Positions 1 through 10,226 are shown, numbered from the stretch's first letter. The stretch is DNA of 64,000 nt from a virus (IMGVR_UViG_3300032319_000936:1-64000); one strand, 5' to 3'. The notes: a model not told the origin generated them from the sequence alone. Program-made: numbers and translations.

Positions 1-1
1 C

Positions 2-709
2 AACCAGCTTGCCTCCCTGGAGGGAGCGCCCCAGCAAGTGGGGGATTCTTTCTATTGTATTAACAACCAGCTCACCTCACTCGAGGGAGCACCCCAGCAA
101 GTGGGAGGTAGTTTCGATTGCTACAACAACCAGCTCACCTCCCTGGAGGGAGCACCCCAGGAAGTGGGATGGGATTTCGATTGCTCCGACAACCAGCTCA
201 CCTCCCTGGAGGGAGCACCGCAGGAGGTGGGAGGTAGTTTCGATTGCTCCAACAACCAGCTTGCTTCTTTAGAGGGAGCGCCCCAGCAAGTGGGGGATTC
301 TTTCTATTGTATTAACAACCAGCTCACCTCACTCGAGGGAGCACCCCAGCAAGTGGAAGGGAATTTCGATTGCTCCAAAAACCAGCTCACCTCCCTGGAG
401 GGAGCACCCCAGCAAGTGGAAGGGAATTTCGATTGCTCCGACAACCAGCTCACCTCCCTGGAGGGAGCACCGCAGGAGGTGGGAGGAAATTTTAATTGCT
501 CCGATAATACTGTTCCGGAATCAGTTCTAAAAGCTCTCTATAAGAAGATGCAATCAGGCATGAGCTGGCCAGATGCAGTGGCCAGTTACTGGAGGCACAT
601 TAAATCCGAAGAAGACAGGATTCTGTTGGCTCCTTATAACCACACTCTGTCTCCTGAGGAGCTAAAGGGCTACCAGGCACTAGGGAGATTAAGAAAAAGA
701 ATACTATGA
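2..709 (+). CDS. 21-aa LRR-like repeat protein (5' truncated by window)
   Basis: Frame open from window start; at least 8 NQLTSLEGAPQxVGxxFxCxx repeats (63 bp period) and the family C-terminal cap. Confidence 0.9.
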   Translation, partial: NQLASLEGAPQQVGDSFYCINNQLTSLEGAPQQVGGSFDCYNNQLTSLEGAPQEVGWDFDCSDNQLTSLEGAPQEVGGSFDCSNNQLASLEGAPQQVGDSFYCINNQLTSLEGAPQQVEGNFDCSKNQLTSLEGAPQQVEGNFDCSDNQLTSLEGAPQEVGGNFNCSDNTVPESVLKALYKKMQSGMSWPDAVASYWRHIKSEEDRILLAPYNHTLSPEELKGYQALGRLRKRIL

Positions 710-1320
710 AACACATTAAGAGATATAAAGAACTATTCGAGAGCCAAACAGAGCTAACACAGGAGCAAATCAAGTGGCTGGATGAGTACGCTATGGGCAG
801 GTGGACACTTAATCCGGAAACAGGACTGGTGGATGTGAGAGGAAGTTTCGATTGCTCGCTACAGAAGCTGGCCGATTTTAAAGGTGTGAGATTTGGAGAG
901 GTGACCGTGAGTTTCGATTGCTCGCATACCTCGCTCACTTCTCTAGAGGGAGCACCCCAAATAGTGGGAGGTGCTTTCTATTGCAATCATAACCAGCTCA
1001 CGTCACTAAAGGGAGCACCACAAAAGGTGTGGGCGAGTTTTAATTGCGAACACAACGGACTCGTCTCACTAGAGGGAGCGCCCCTTTCGGTTGGGAGGTA
1101 TTTCTACTGCTCCGGCAATCCGGTCTCCGAATCGGTGCTAGAAGCTCTCTATAAGAAGATGCAGTCAGGCATGAGCTGGCCGAATGCTGTAGCCAGTTAC
1201 TGGAGGTACATTAGATCTAACGAGGACAAGATCCTATTGGCTCCTAGCAATCCAAATCTCACACCAGAAGATGTAAAAGGATATGAGGCACTAGGCAGAG
1301 TAAGTAAAAGAATCATATGA
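706..1320 (+). CDS. LRR-like repeat protein, 3 repeats
   Basis: MKHIKRYKELFE leader, WxLNPETGLVDV N-cap, ATGA overlap with previous gene. Confidence 0.9.
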   Translation: MKHIKRYKELFESQTELTQEQIKWLDEYAMGRWTLNPETGLVDVRGSFDCSLQKLADFKGVRFGEVTVSFDCSHTSLTSLEGAPQIVGGAFYCNHNQLTSLKGAPQKVWASFNCEHNGLVSLEGAPLSVGRYFYCSGNPVSESVLEALYKKMQSGMSWPNAVASYWRYIRSNEDKILLAPSNPNLTPEDVKGYEALGRVSKRII

Positions 1321-2120
1321 GACACATTAAGGCATATAGTCAACTATTCGAGAACCAAACAGAGCTCTCACCCGAGCAGATCGAGTGGTTGGATGAATCA
1401 TCCCGCGGAATTTGGGAGCTTAATCCACAAACTGGACTGGTTGATATGGATGGCGATTTCGATTGTACTAATAAGGGTCTGGCAAATCTCAGGGGTATCA
1501 GATTCGGTGAAGTGAGTGGTTCTTTCTATTGTGATTATAATCAGCTCACCTCACTAAAGGGAGCGCCTCAGAAGGTTGGTTCTTTCTTCTGTAATGACAA
1601 TCAGCTCATCTCTTTAGAGGGAGCACCTCAGATCGTTTTCGGTAGTTTCTTTTGTTATGCTAATCGACTCACCTCACTCGAGGGAGCACCCCAGAGCGTT
1701 GGCGGTGGTTTCTTTTGTAATGACAACCAGCTCACCTCACTCGAGGGAGCACCTCAGACCATTAGAGGGGATTTCTCTTGTGCTGGCAATCAGCTCACCA
1801 CACTAAAGGGAGCACCCCGAAGCGTTGGTCGTGGTTTCACTTGTGATTACAACCAGCTCACAAGTCTAGAGGGCGCACCTAAGACCGTTGACGGGAATTT
1901 CTATTGTAGTGACAATCCAGTCTCCGAAAAGACTTTAAAAGCCATTTTTAAGCTAATGAGAAATGGAATGGTGTATCAGCAGGCTCTAGAAGAATACTGG
2001 CCGGAGATGGGAGATGAAGATAGAGTGTTAGTGTATAAAGAAATGCCGAATCTACCCCAGGAAGATGCGAGAAAGTACAAGGCTCTAGCCACATACAGTA
2101 AAATAAAGGGATATTTATAA
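1317..2120 (+). CDS. LRR-like repeat protein, 6 repeats
   Basis: Same leader/N-cap/repeat/C-cap architecture. Confidence 0.9.
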   Translation: MRHIKAYSQLFENQTELSPEQIEWLDESSRGIWELNPQTGLVDMDGDFDCTNKGLANLRGIRFGEVSGSFYCDYNQLTSLKGAPQKVGSFFCNDNQLISLEGAPQIVFGSFFCYANRLTSLEGAPQSVGGGFFCNDNQLTSLEGAPQTIRGDFSCAGNQLTTLKGAPRSVGRGFTCDYNQLTSLEGAPKTVDGNFYCSDNPVSEKTLKAIFKLMRNGMVYQQALEEYWPEMGDEDRVLVYKEMPNLPQEDARKYKALATYSKIKGYL

Positions 2121-2952
2121 TGAGACACATTAAGCCGTATGGCCAACTATTTGAAGCCAGTGCAGAACTTACAGCAGAGCAGATTGACTGGCTGAATCAA
2201 TGCACATCCGGCAGCTGGGAGCTTAACACTTCTACAGGGCTTGTTGATGTGAAAGGAAATTTCAATTGTAGCTCAATGAATTTAGAAGATCTTAAAGGGA
2301 TTAAATTCGGGAAAGTTGATGGTGATTTCTATTGTGCTAACAATCAGCTCACCACACTAGAGGGAGCACCTCAGAGCGTTGGCTCTAGTTTCTATTGCTA
2401 TGGTAATCAGCTCACCACACTAGAGGGAGCACCTCAGAGCGTTGGTGGTGGTTTCTATTGCTATGGTAATCAGCTCACCACACTAGAGGGAGCACCTCAG
2501 AGCGTTGGTGGTGGTTTCTTTTGTAATGACAATCAGCTCACCACACTAAAGGGAGCACCTCAGACCCTTAGAGGGTATTTCTCTTGTGCTGGCAATCGAC
2601 TCACCACACTAGAGGGAGCGCCCCAGAAAGTTGGCGGTGTTTTCGCTTTCGATAAGAATCAAATCACTTCACTCGAAGGAGCACCACAGGAGATCGGATG
2701 GGGTTCCTCTTTGGGTTTCTCTTGTAGTGACAATCCAGTCTCTGAAAAGACTTTAAAAGCCATTTTTGAGCTAATGCTAAAAGGAATGGGATATCAGCAG
2801 GCTCTAGAAGAATACTGGCCTAAGATGGGAGATGAAGATAGGGCGGTAATGTATAAAGAAATGCCGAATCTACCCCCGGAAGATGCAAGAAAGTACAAGG
2901 CTCTAGCCACATACAGTAAAATAAAGGGGTATTTATAATGAGACACATTAAG
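1904..2952 (+). repeat. ~230 bp near-identical direct repeat (1904..2134 and 2722..2952) covering LRR C-cap and next start codon
   Basis: Direct visual alignment, offset 818 bp. Confidence 0.85.
2120..2938 (+). CDS. LRR-like repeat protein, 6 repeats
   Basis: Same architecture; C-terminal ~70 aa almost identical to 1317..2120. Confidence 0.9.
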   Translation: MRHIKPYGQLFEASAELTAEQIDWLNQCTSGSWELNTSTGLVDVKGNFNCSSMNLEDLKGIKFGKVDGDFYCANNQLTTLEGAPQSVGSSFYCYGNQLTTLEGAPQSVGGGFYCYGNQLTTLEGAPQSVGGGFFCNDNQLTTLKGAPQTLRGYFSCAGNRLTTLEGAPQKVGGVFAFDKNQITSLEGAPQEIGWGSSLGFSCSDNPVSEKTLKAIFELMLKGMGYQQALEEYWPKMGDEDRAVMYKEMPNLPPEDARKYKALATYSKIKGYL

Positions 2953-3615
2953 TCATATTTGGACCTCCTCGAGACACAAACCAGGCTAACAGCAGAGCAG
3001 ATGGTGTGGCTCAATGAATCATCCAATGGAATTTGGGAGATAAATCCACAGACTGGACTGGTTGACGTCAGGGGATTTTTTGAATGCTCAGGACAGAGAC
3101 TGACAGATTTCAAGGGTGTAAGGTTTGGAAATATCTGGAAGGGTTTCTATTGCGAGAATAACTCTCTCACTTCCTTAGCGGGAGCACCACAGAAAGTGGG
3201 CGGTAATTTCTTCTGCTCCTCTAACTCTCTTACCACTCTCGAAGGGGCACCAGAGACAGTGGATGGTGATTTCTACTGTGACCGTAACCGCCTCTCTTCA
3301 CTAGAGGGAAGTCCCGAGATAGTCGGTGGCGGGTTCTCCTGTTGTGATAACTACATCACTTCCTTAGATGGGGCGCCTCAGGTAGTGGAAGGCTATTTCT
3401 ACTGCGAGGGCAACCCGATATCTGAAGAGTCTATGAAAGTTGTGCTTCAGACGATGAGCAAGGAAGGACTCACTCTAGAAGAGGCTGTGAGCAAGTGCTG
3501 GCCCGATATTCCGGAGGAGGATAGAGCCTATCTGGCTGGACATAAACCTGATCTCTCACAGGAAGAGAGAAGAGGGTACGAGGCGCTAGCGAGATTAAAG
3601 AAAAGAGTTATGTGA
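2938..3615 (+). CDS. LRR-like repeat protein, 4 repeats
   Basis: Same architecture. Confidence 0.9.
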   Translation: MRHIKSYLDLLETQTRLTAEQMVWLNESSNGIWEINPQTGLVDVRGFFECSGQRLTDFKGVRFGNIWKGFYCENNSLTSLAGAPQKVGGNFFCSSNSLTTLEGAPETVDGDFYCDRNRLSSLEGSPEIVGGGFSCCDNYITSLDGAPQVVEGYFYCEGNPISEESMKVVLQTMSKEGLTLEEAVSKCWPDIPEEDRAYLAGHKPDLSQEERRGYEALARLKKRVM

Positions 3616-3731
3616 GAAACCTATGAATATAAAGAACCCCACTTGAGAAAAGACTATATCTAGGGGTTCCTAAAAAAGGGGTCCTCTAAGGAATATGCAT
3701 TAAAATCACAGTTAACTATTTTTTTCCAGTT

Positions 3732-3739
3732 GATATATA
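3732..3739 (+). promoter_or_regulatory. GATATATA putative late promoter
   Basis: Motif recurs shortly upstream of ~17 gene starts in the window. Confidence 0.7.
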
Positions 3740-3756
3740 ATAGGATCAGCATAATC

Positions 3757-3981
3757 ATGAATAAACAAAGGTACGTATCCAATCAACTCAATCTCAATTC
3801 TAACATTCAGCAGGCCGAGATTGAACGCAAGTGGAGAATGTTTGAAGAGGAGCAGGCGCAAATGGAACTAGCGATGAGAATAGCACAAAACATAAGCTCA
3901 ATGTCCGGAACTTTCGTACTAAGAGAGCTATTATACATGGATGTTGGTTACATGGAGGACGAATTAAATTACGTGGAATAA
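3757..3981 (+). CDS. hypothetical (putative structural) protein
   Basis: ATG 17 nt after GATATATA; coupled to next gene by TAATG. Confidence 0.7.
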   Translation: MNKQRYVSNQLNLNSNIQQAEIERKWRMFEEEQAQMELAMRIAQNISSMSGTFVLRELLYMDVGYMEDELNYVE

Positions 3982-6035
3982 TGGGAATAACAACAAGACA
4001 ATATGGCCCATACGCTAAGGGCAGTAGGTTAAATACTGCGGAGATGGATGAGAACTTCAACTATCTTTTAGGACTGGCCTCTAACGTGGGTGCCACTGGA
4101 GCAACTGGACCTACTGGAGCAGCCGGAGCAGCTGGAGCAACTGGACCAAGTGGATCAAACATTTACAATGCTGACGGAACATTAACGGGAGCAAGAACAT
4201 TAACACTAAACAGCAACACGTTAACAATAGCAGGAGGCACCTCATCCTCTCGCTTTTTTGCAAATGGTAACTTTGGTATTGGTACAACAGCGGACGCTGG
4301 ATACAAAGCGGACATAAACGGTACTGCTAGAATTAATAACGTACTCACAACTGTTGGTACTGCAACTTCTGACAACCCTACTGTAAGTTCTGAATTAGCA
4401 ACAACTGCATCAGGTACTAATTGGTCGGGAACTTCATTACCTTCGGGATATGCTCACACCACAGGTTCAACTGCTAACTTAACATCATCACTCAATGCTG
4501 TTGTTGGTACTACATATTTAATCACTTACACATTAGGTTTAGACCCTGATGTAGGTACAGGGTCAATAGGTACATTTACTTTTGGTGGTGTAGCAATACC
4601 AACAACTCAATACGATACTTCATTAAGTTTTTCTCTTGTAGCGACAACAACAGGAGCGTTAATAGTCACGCCAACTTCTGATTACAATGGAACAGTACAA
4701 GTTTCAATACAAAGTGTTACAGCATCAACCGCTTCAATTTTATACAAAAGAAGTGACGGAACAACGGTAAATGAATTTAGAGCAAATAGTTTAAGTTCAA
4801 ATGTATTTTTTGGTAACGTAGCAGGAGCAAACTCCTATAATGCAGGGCAAAATACTTTTATTGGCTCACTTGCAGGTCAATATAATGTAATAGGTGCGAG
4901 TTGCACATTTGTTGGATATTCAGCAGGAAATAAAAACGCAAGTTCTTTTAATAGTTTTTTTGGTAGTTTATCAGGTGTTTTTAACTCATCAGGTTACGAA
5001 AATACATTTTCAGGTTGCCAATCGGGATATTTGAATACAACAGGTTATCAAAATGTTTTTATTGGTTTTGCGAGTGGAAGAAATCAAACTTCGGGTTACA
5101 ATAATGCGTTTTTTGGGCATCAAACAGGATATAACAATACAACAGGATATGCAAACACTTATCTTGGTAATAATGCAGGGAAACAAAACATAACAGGCGC
5201 ACAAAATGTTTGTGTGGGTGCATTAGCAGGAATACTTAATACCGCAAGTAACAATATATTTATAGGGTATTCATCAGCATATAGCAATACATCAGGTACA
5301 TCAAACACAGTCATTGGATATTCAGCCGCATATCAAAACGCAACAAGTAGTTCAATAACAGCAATAGGTTATCAAGCAGGTTATAGTAATACAGGCGCAC
5401 AAAATACCTTTGTTGGTGCAGAAGCAGGATATGGTAATCAAAGTTATACAGCAAACACTTATATAGGATATAGGTCAGGTTATGGTAGTGGTGGTAGTGG
5501 TGGTGGAAGTAGTAATACTTATGTTGGTTTTTCCATAGCAATAAACCAAACATCGGCTACTTTTAATTCTATTTTAGGTTCAAGTGCGGCGGCAAATATA
5601 AATGCCGTCAGCGGTATGGTAGCAATAGGTTATTCTGCGGCAAGATATTATGGTACTTTAAATAACCTTAATACAGGAGGTGGTGGTAATAGTATATATA
5701 TTGGTCAGCAAACAAATACAGGAACTAATAGTTCAAGCAACGAAATTGTTATTGGTGCTTTTGGATTAGGATTAGGTACAAATACAACTCTTATAGGTGG
5801 TGCTTCTACAACACTAACAGCATTAAAAGGTAGTGTCATAATTGGTGCAACAGTTATTAATGCAGCGGCTATTTTACAAACCGATAGCACTACACAAGGT
5901 TTTTTACCACCAAGAATGACCACTGCTCAAAAAAATGCAATATCTTCACCACCCGCAGGTCTTGTTATATACGACACAACTCTAAACAAATTGTGTGTAT
6001 ATACAACAGCGTGGCAAACAATTACATCAGTATAA
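3981..6035 (+). CDS. tail fibre / adhesin-like protein
   Basis: Short collagen-like GATGATGPTG stretch, NTxxGxxAG YadA-head-like repeats, C-terminal STTQGFLPPRMTTAQKNAISSP motif typical of Bacteroidota phage fibres. Confidence 0.8.
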   Translation: MGITTRQYGPYAKGSRLNTAEMDENFNYLLGLASNVGATGATGPTGAAGAAGATGPSGSNIYNADGTLTGARTLTLNSNTLTIAGGTSSSRFFANGNFGIGTTADAGYKADINGTARINNVLTTVGTATSDNPTVSSELATTASGTNWSGTSLPSGYAHTTGSTANLTSSLNAVVGTTYLITYTLGLDPDVGTGSIGTFTFGGVAIPTTQYDTSLSFSLVATTTGALIVTPTSDYNGTVQVSIQSVTASTASILYKRSDGTTVNEFRANSLSSNVFFGNVAGANSYNAGQNTFIGSLAGQYNVIGASCTFVGYSAGNKNASSFNSFFGSLSGVFNSSGYENTFSGCQSGYLNTTGYQNVFIGFASGRNQTSGYNNAFFGHQTGYNNTTGYANTYLGNNAGKQNITGAQNVCVGALAGILNTASNNIFIGYSSAYSNTSGTSNTVIGYSAAYQNATSSSITAIGYQAGYSNTGAQNTFVGAEAGYGNQSYTANTYIGYRSGYGSGGSGGGSSNTYVGFSIAINQTSATFNSILGSSAAANINAVSGMVAIGYSAARYYGTLNNLNTGGGGNSIYIGQQTNTGTNSSSNEIVIGAFGLGLGTNTTLIGGASTTLTALKGSVIIGATVINAAAILQTDSTTQGFLPPRMTTAQKNAISSPPAGLVIYDTTLNKLCVYTTAWQTITSV

Positions 6036-6045
6036 AACTAAAATT

Positions 6046-6294
6046 ATGATACAAATAGAACCACTAGTTTTCCCCTTGAATCAGGGAACAGCAACGCAAA
6101 TGATTTTAACATTTCGCAATTTCACAACAACAGATACTTCTTGTGTTGTGCATTACCAAATTTTGACAGAAGATAAAACAGTTTTGTCCACAGGTGATTA
6201 TGCTTTAACAGAAGAGCAATATGCTCAATGGAGTACTGACAATGCCTTTGTGGAACAATGTGTGGCATCTTATCTAGGATTAACAATAATTTAA
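6046..6294 (+). CDS. putative fibre assembly/chaperone protein
   Basis: Small ORF directly after fibre; ATG after A-rich tract. Confidence 0.6.
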   Translation: MIQIEPLVFPLNQGTATQMILTFRNFTTTDTSCVVHYQILTEDKTVLSTGDYALTEEQYAQWSTDNAFVEQCVASYLGLTII

Positions 6295-6305
6295 AAACAA
6301 AAAAA

Positions 6306-6476
6306 ATGATTTTAAACGAAGAACAAATCAAAGAGTTAGACAGCTTTATTGCCGAAATGCCTTTAAAATACGGCCTCCCTCTACTGCAATTTTTTAATAA
6401 AATTCACGACGAGCAAAAAGCAAGCGAAGAAATGAAAACTGGTGGTTCAATTTCTGATTTCCCATTAAAAAGATAA
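6306..6476 (+). CDS. small hypothetical protein
   Basis: ATG after poly-A tract; typical post-fibre ORF. Confidence 0.6.
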   Translation: MILNEEQIKELDSFIAEMPLKYGLPLLQFFNKIHDEQKASEEMKTGGSISDFPLKR

Positions 6477-6634
6477 AAAAATAGGGGTAATCTTTTTTTT
6501 AATTTTCTATTAGTATAGTTTAATTCATATAGTGATAGTAGACTAGCTATTTGGTGATCTGTATCCTTCTGGATATCCTCTGAAACCTCCTCCTTCCCTT
6601 TCGATATATAGCGTACCAGCATATCACTAGACCC

Positions 6635-6752
6635 ATGGAGAAAAACCCTTACGAGAAGAATAAGTATTAAACGCACTGCTGCATCAACTGCTGCGAGGTT
6701 AATATTAACATCAGCACCAAATAACTGGACAATCGTAGACGGAGGAATATAA
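6635..6752 (+). pseudogene. remnant of BspA/DUF285-like surface protein gene
   Basis: GATATATA at 6603, 11-codon MEKNPYEKNKY* at 6635, then in another frame SIKRTAASTAARLILTSAPNNWTIVDGGI*, resembling the WTIxDGG C-terminus of DUF285 proteins. Confidence 0.55.
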
Positions 6753-6753
6753 T

Positions 6754-7017
6754 ATGAAATACTACTTAGCAACAAATGAGGTGGATGTATTCCACTATGG
6801 AGAAATGGCAGACACATCTGTGTTTACAACAGGTCAGCCAGTGTCCTTTGTGTATGTCACAAAGGCGGAACTAATAGCAAAACTGGCAGAGTATGGTCAG
6901 GAGTATCAGGAGCCACAAGAAGTGAGTGTTCCTGTCTCTGAAGCTCCTACTCAGGAACCACCCGTACCTGGACTACCGCTAGACGAAATACCCGTAGTCG
7001 ATCCGGGTGAAATATAA
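6754..7017 (+). CDS. hypothetical protein, Pro/Glu-rich tail
   Basis: ORF with plausible start directly after the remnant stop codon. Confidence 0.7.
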   Translation: MKYYLATNEVDVFHYGEMADTSVFTTGQPVSFVYVTKAELIAKLAEYGQEYQEPQEVSVPVSEAPTQEPPVPGLPLDEIPVVDPGEI

Positions 7018-7027
7018 CTATAGCTGA

Positions 7028-7768
7028 ATGAAGCATATTAAGGAATACCAAGAGCTTTTTGAAGCTCAGTCGCCATTAACTCGTGAGCAGAAGGACTGGC
7101 TCGATATGGGATCCAGCGGAACTTGGTTTCGTAATTCTGAAACAGGATTAGTTGATATAGTGGGTAATTTCATGGCTCATAGAGAGGGACTCACTGATTT
7201 TAAAGGAGTGAGGTTTGGAAAGGTGACTCACAATTTCATTTGCACATATAACTCTCTCTCCTCTCTAGACGGTGCACCACAGGAAGTGGGAGGAAATTTC
7301 TATTGCTATGACAATCAGCTCACCTCTCTAGAAGGAGGACCTACTATTGTTAAGGGAGATTATAATTGCGCAAGGAATCAGCTCACAACCCTAAAGGGAG
7401 CACCCGAGGTGGTTAAAGGTTATTTTGACTGCTGTAGAAACTTGCTTACCTCCTTGGAGGGTGCTCCGGAAAGTGTTGGTGGATATTTCGCTTGTTCACG
7501 TAACCAGATCACTTCTTTAGAAGGCTTGCCCAAATATATTGGAAGGAGTTTAGAATTACAGGACAACCCGGTTTCTCCTCCAGCCCTAAAATGGATCTAT
7601 GTTGGCATGAAGGCGGGATACAGCTTTACAGAAGCACTGGTCAGATACTGGAAGGAGATAAAGAACCCAGAAGACCTAGCCATATTGGCTCCTTATAATT
7701 CCACTCTATCTTCAGAGGAGCTAAAGGGATACGAAGCACTAGGTAGATTTAAAAAGAGAATACTATGA
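7028..7768 (+). CDS. LRR-like repeat protein, 5 repeats
   Basis: Family architecture. Confidence 0.9.
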   Translation: MKHIKEYQELFEAQSPLTREQKDWLDMGSSGTWFRNSETGLVDIVGNFMAHREGLTDFKGVRFGKVTHNFICTYNSLSSLDGAPQEVGGNFYCYDNQLTSLEGGPTIVKGDYNCARNQLTTLKGAPEVVKGYFDCCRNLLTSLEGAPESVGGYFACSRNQITSLEGLPKYIGRSLELQDNPVSPPALKWIYVGMKAGYSFTEALVRYWKEIKNPEDLAILAPYNSTLSSEELKGYEALGRFKKRIL

Positions 7769-8754
7769 GACACGTCAAGAAATATCAAGAGCTTTTTGAA
7801 GCTCGAACCCCATTAACACCAGAGCAGATCGAGTGGCTCGATGAGTGCACAAGAGGAACGTGGATGCGTAATCCAGAAACTGGACTTGTTGATGTGGCCG
7901 GCGGTTTCAATTGCGATGAAAAGGGTCTGACTGATTTCAAAGGGGTTAAATTTGGAGAGGTGAGTGGTGATTTCTTCTGCTCGAACAACGGGCTCACTTC
8001 ACTGGAAGGAGCTCCACAGCAGGTTGGACGAGGATTCTTTTGCTACCGAAATAAACTCACGTCTCTAGACGGGGCACCGCAGCGGATTGGAAAGTCTTTC
8101 GATTGTTCGGATAATCAGCTTACCTCACTGGTGAATGCGCCACAGGAGGTTGGGGAACATTTCAGTTGCTCTGATAACTACATCACGTCACTGGTAGGAG
8201 CACCGCAGAAAATTTGGTTGGATTTCTATTGTGGTAACAACCAGCTCACCTCACTGGATGGAGCTCCTCAACAGGTTGGAGGTAATTTCTGGTGTGAAGA
8301 TAACCAGATCACCACACTAGAGGGAGCTCCGCAGCGGGTTGGTGAGAATTTCAAGTGTTCTGATAATCAGCTCATCACATTAGAGGGAGCACCCCAGACT
8401 GTTGGTGGTAGATTCAATTGTTCACGTAACCAGCTCATCTCACTAGAAGGGACACTCCAGAAAGTTGGGACAGATCTCAATTGTGCGGACAATCAGCTCA
8501 TCTCACTAGAGGGGGTACCGAAAAAGATTGGTGGTGATCTTTATTGTGAGGGAAATCAAGTTTCTGGACCCATGCTTAAATCTCTCTATAGGAAGATGAA
8601 ATCAGGCATGTCCTGGGACGAAGCTGTTGAGATGCATTGGGACGATATGGATGAAGACGATAGGGCACTACTTGCTCAGTATAACCCAAGACTCTCACAG
8701 GAGGAGATAAGAGGGTATCAAGCACTAGCTAGGCTAAAGAAAAGAGTGATATGA
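7765..8754 (+). CDS. LRR-like repeat protein, 9 repeats
   Basis: Family architecture. Confidence 0.9.
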   Translation: MRHVKKYQELFEARTPLTPEQIEWLDECTRGTWMRNPETGLVDVAGGFNCDEKGLTDFKGVKFGEVSGDFFCSNNGLTSLEGAPQQVGRGFFCYRNKLTSLDGAPQRIGKSFDCSDNQLTSLVNAPQEVGEHFSCSDNYITSLVGAPQKIWLDFYCGNNQLTSLDGAPQQVGGNFWCEDNQITTLEGAPQRVGENFKCSDNQLITLEGAPQTVGGRFNCSRNQLISLEGTLQKVGTDLNCADNQLISLEGVPKKIGGDLYCEGNQVSGPMLKSLYRKMKSGMSWDEAVEMHWDDMDEDDRALLAQYNPRLSQEEIRGYQALARLKKRVI

Positions 8755-9809
8755 GACACGTAAAGAGATTTATAGACCTATTTGAGAATGTGCATGAGCT
8801 CAACAGGGAACAGAGAGAGTGGCTTGACGAGTGCATAAAAGGAACATGGGAGATCAATCCAGAGACTGGACTTGTTGATATCGATGGTGATTTTAGATGC
8901 TCCTGGGGAAATCTGACAGATTTTAAAGGAGTGAGATTTGGTAACGTTACTAGGCATTTCGCTTTCCCTAATAATTATCTCACCTCCCTGGAAGGAGCAC
9001 CTCTAAAAGTAATTAGAGGAGGTTTCGATTGCAGTAACAACAAACTCACCTCTCTAAAAGGAGCACCTCAAGAAGTGGGCGGGCATTTTTATTGTTCCGG
9101 TAACAAACTAGTATCCTTAGAGGGAGCACCTCGGAAGATAGGTGGCAATTTAAATTTCTCCTATAATTCAATCACATCTTTAGAGAAAGCACCGCTGAGC
9201 GTGGGAGGTGCGTACAGTTGTTCTGATAACTTGCTCACTTCTCTAAAGGGAGTACCTCAGACTATAGAAAATAGTTTCGATTGCTCCAGAAATCCTCTCA
9301 CCTCTCTAAAAGGGGCACCACAGATTATAAAGGGAACTTTTGAATGCTCAGGTGACAATCTTAAATCATTAGAAGGAGGTCCACAGAGAGTAGATGGAGG
9401 ATATAAGTGTTCTAAAAACCAGCTTACCTCCTTAGATGGGGCACCGGAAATAATAAACTCGTATTTTGATTGCTCCAGCAACTCGCTTACCTCTTTAAAG
9501 GGTGCGCCACGAATTATAAAGGGTTCTTTTTATTGCAGAGAAAATAACATTACCTCTTTGGAGGGAGCACCCCAGATTGTGGAAGGAGAAATATACTTCT
9601 CAGCCAATCCGATCACTCAAGCTGCTGTCCAGAAGATTTTTTTATCCATGGAGGAAGAAAATATTACTTTTGAGGAGGCAGTGGCACTGTGCTGGAATGA
9701 TATTCCAGAGGAGGACCAAATCTACTTAGCCAAACATAACCAAGATTTATCTCCTGATGAGAAGAAAGGATATGAGGCATTATCTAGGTATAGAGGAAGA
9801 ATCATATAA
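8751..9809 (+). CDS. LRR-like repeat protein, 10 repeats
   Basis: Family architecture. Confidence 0.9.
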   Translation: MRHVKRFIDLFENVHELNREQREWLDECIKGTWEINPETGLVDIDGDFRCSWGNLTDFKGVRFGNVTRHFAFPNNYLTSLEGAPLKVIRGGFDCSNNKLTSLKGAPQEVGGHFYCSGNKLVSLEGAPRKIGGNLNFSYNSITSLEKAPLSVGGAYSCSDNLLTSLKGVPQTIENSFDCSRNPLTSLKGAPQIIKGTFECSGDNLKSLEGGPQRVDGGYKCSKNQLTSLDGAPEIINSYFDCSSNSLTSLKGAPRIIKGSFYCRENNITSLEGAPQIVEGEIYFSANPITQAAVQKIFLSMEEENITFEEAVALCWNDIPEEDQIYLAKHNQDLSPDEKKGYEALSRYRGRII

Positions 9810-9823
9810 AAACATTGGACACA

Positions 9824-9851
9824 AAAAAAGCAATCAATTGATTGCTTTTTT
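9824..9851. terminator. bidirectional intrinsic terminator
   Basis: AAAAAAGCAATC-AATT-GATTGCTTTTTT between convergent genes. Confidence 0.8.
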
Positions 9852-9878
9852 AATACTATCTGTAGCTTATACTAGGAA

Positions 9879-10112
9879 TTATGCATATAGTGCTGTTAGT
9901 CTAGCCTGAACGTCTGCGTCAGTCCATTGTCCAGCCGCGTCATATGCTGCTCCTTCCCATAGTACTACTGGCTCGTCAAGCTCTTCGATAAAGCATCTTA
10001 CCATTTTCTTCTTTGGTAGGTCAACAATTCTCTCGATTGTGATTGTGCTGATTGTTTTACTTTTCTCTTCTTGTAAAACAACTTTCTTTGGATTTTCTAG
10101 GTTAATTTGCAT
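9879..10112 (-). CDS. small hypothetical protein
   Basis: GATATATA at 10139..10132 upstream. Confidence 0.75.
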   Translation of the reverse strand: MQINLENPKKVVLQEEKSKTISTITIERIVDLPKKKMVRCFIEELDEPVVLWEGAAYDAAGQWTDADVQARLTALYA

Positions 10113-10226
10113 GATGTGTTTTTATTTTCTCTATATATCAATACCAGGAAATAATCCGCCCAAGTGGACAAATTTCTAAATAAAATGATACCTGAATACT
10201 CCTTTCCCGCTCTGATATATAGGGAT

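Noticed and set aside
9-272. Alternative-frame and antisense ORFs over repeats (also 600..938, 32741..35047)
   Set aside because: These are shadows of repetitive coding sequence, with no starts or signals of their own.
6404-6817. 137-aa minus-strand ORF
   Set aside because: It runs antisense across a promoter, the gene remnant and two plus-strand genes, and has no supporting signals.
1-9809. 63-bp periodic repeats as a CRISPR array
   Set aside because: The repeats are in-frame coding units with degenerate codons; there are no unique spacers and no cas genes.
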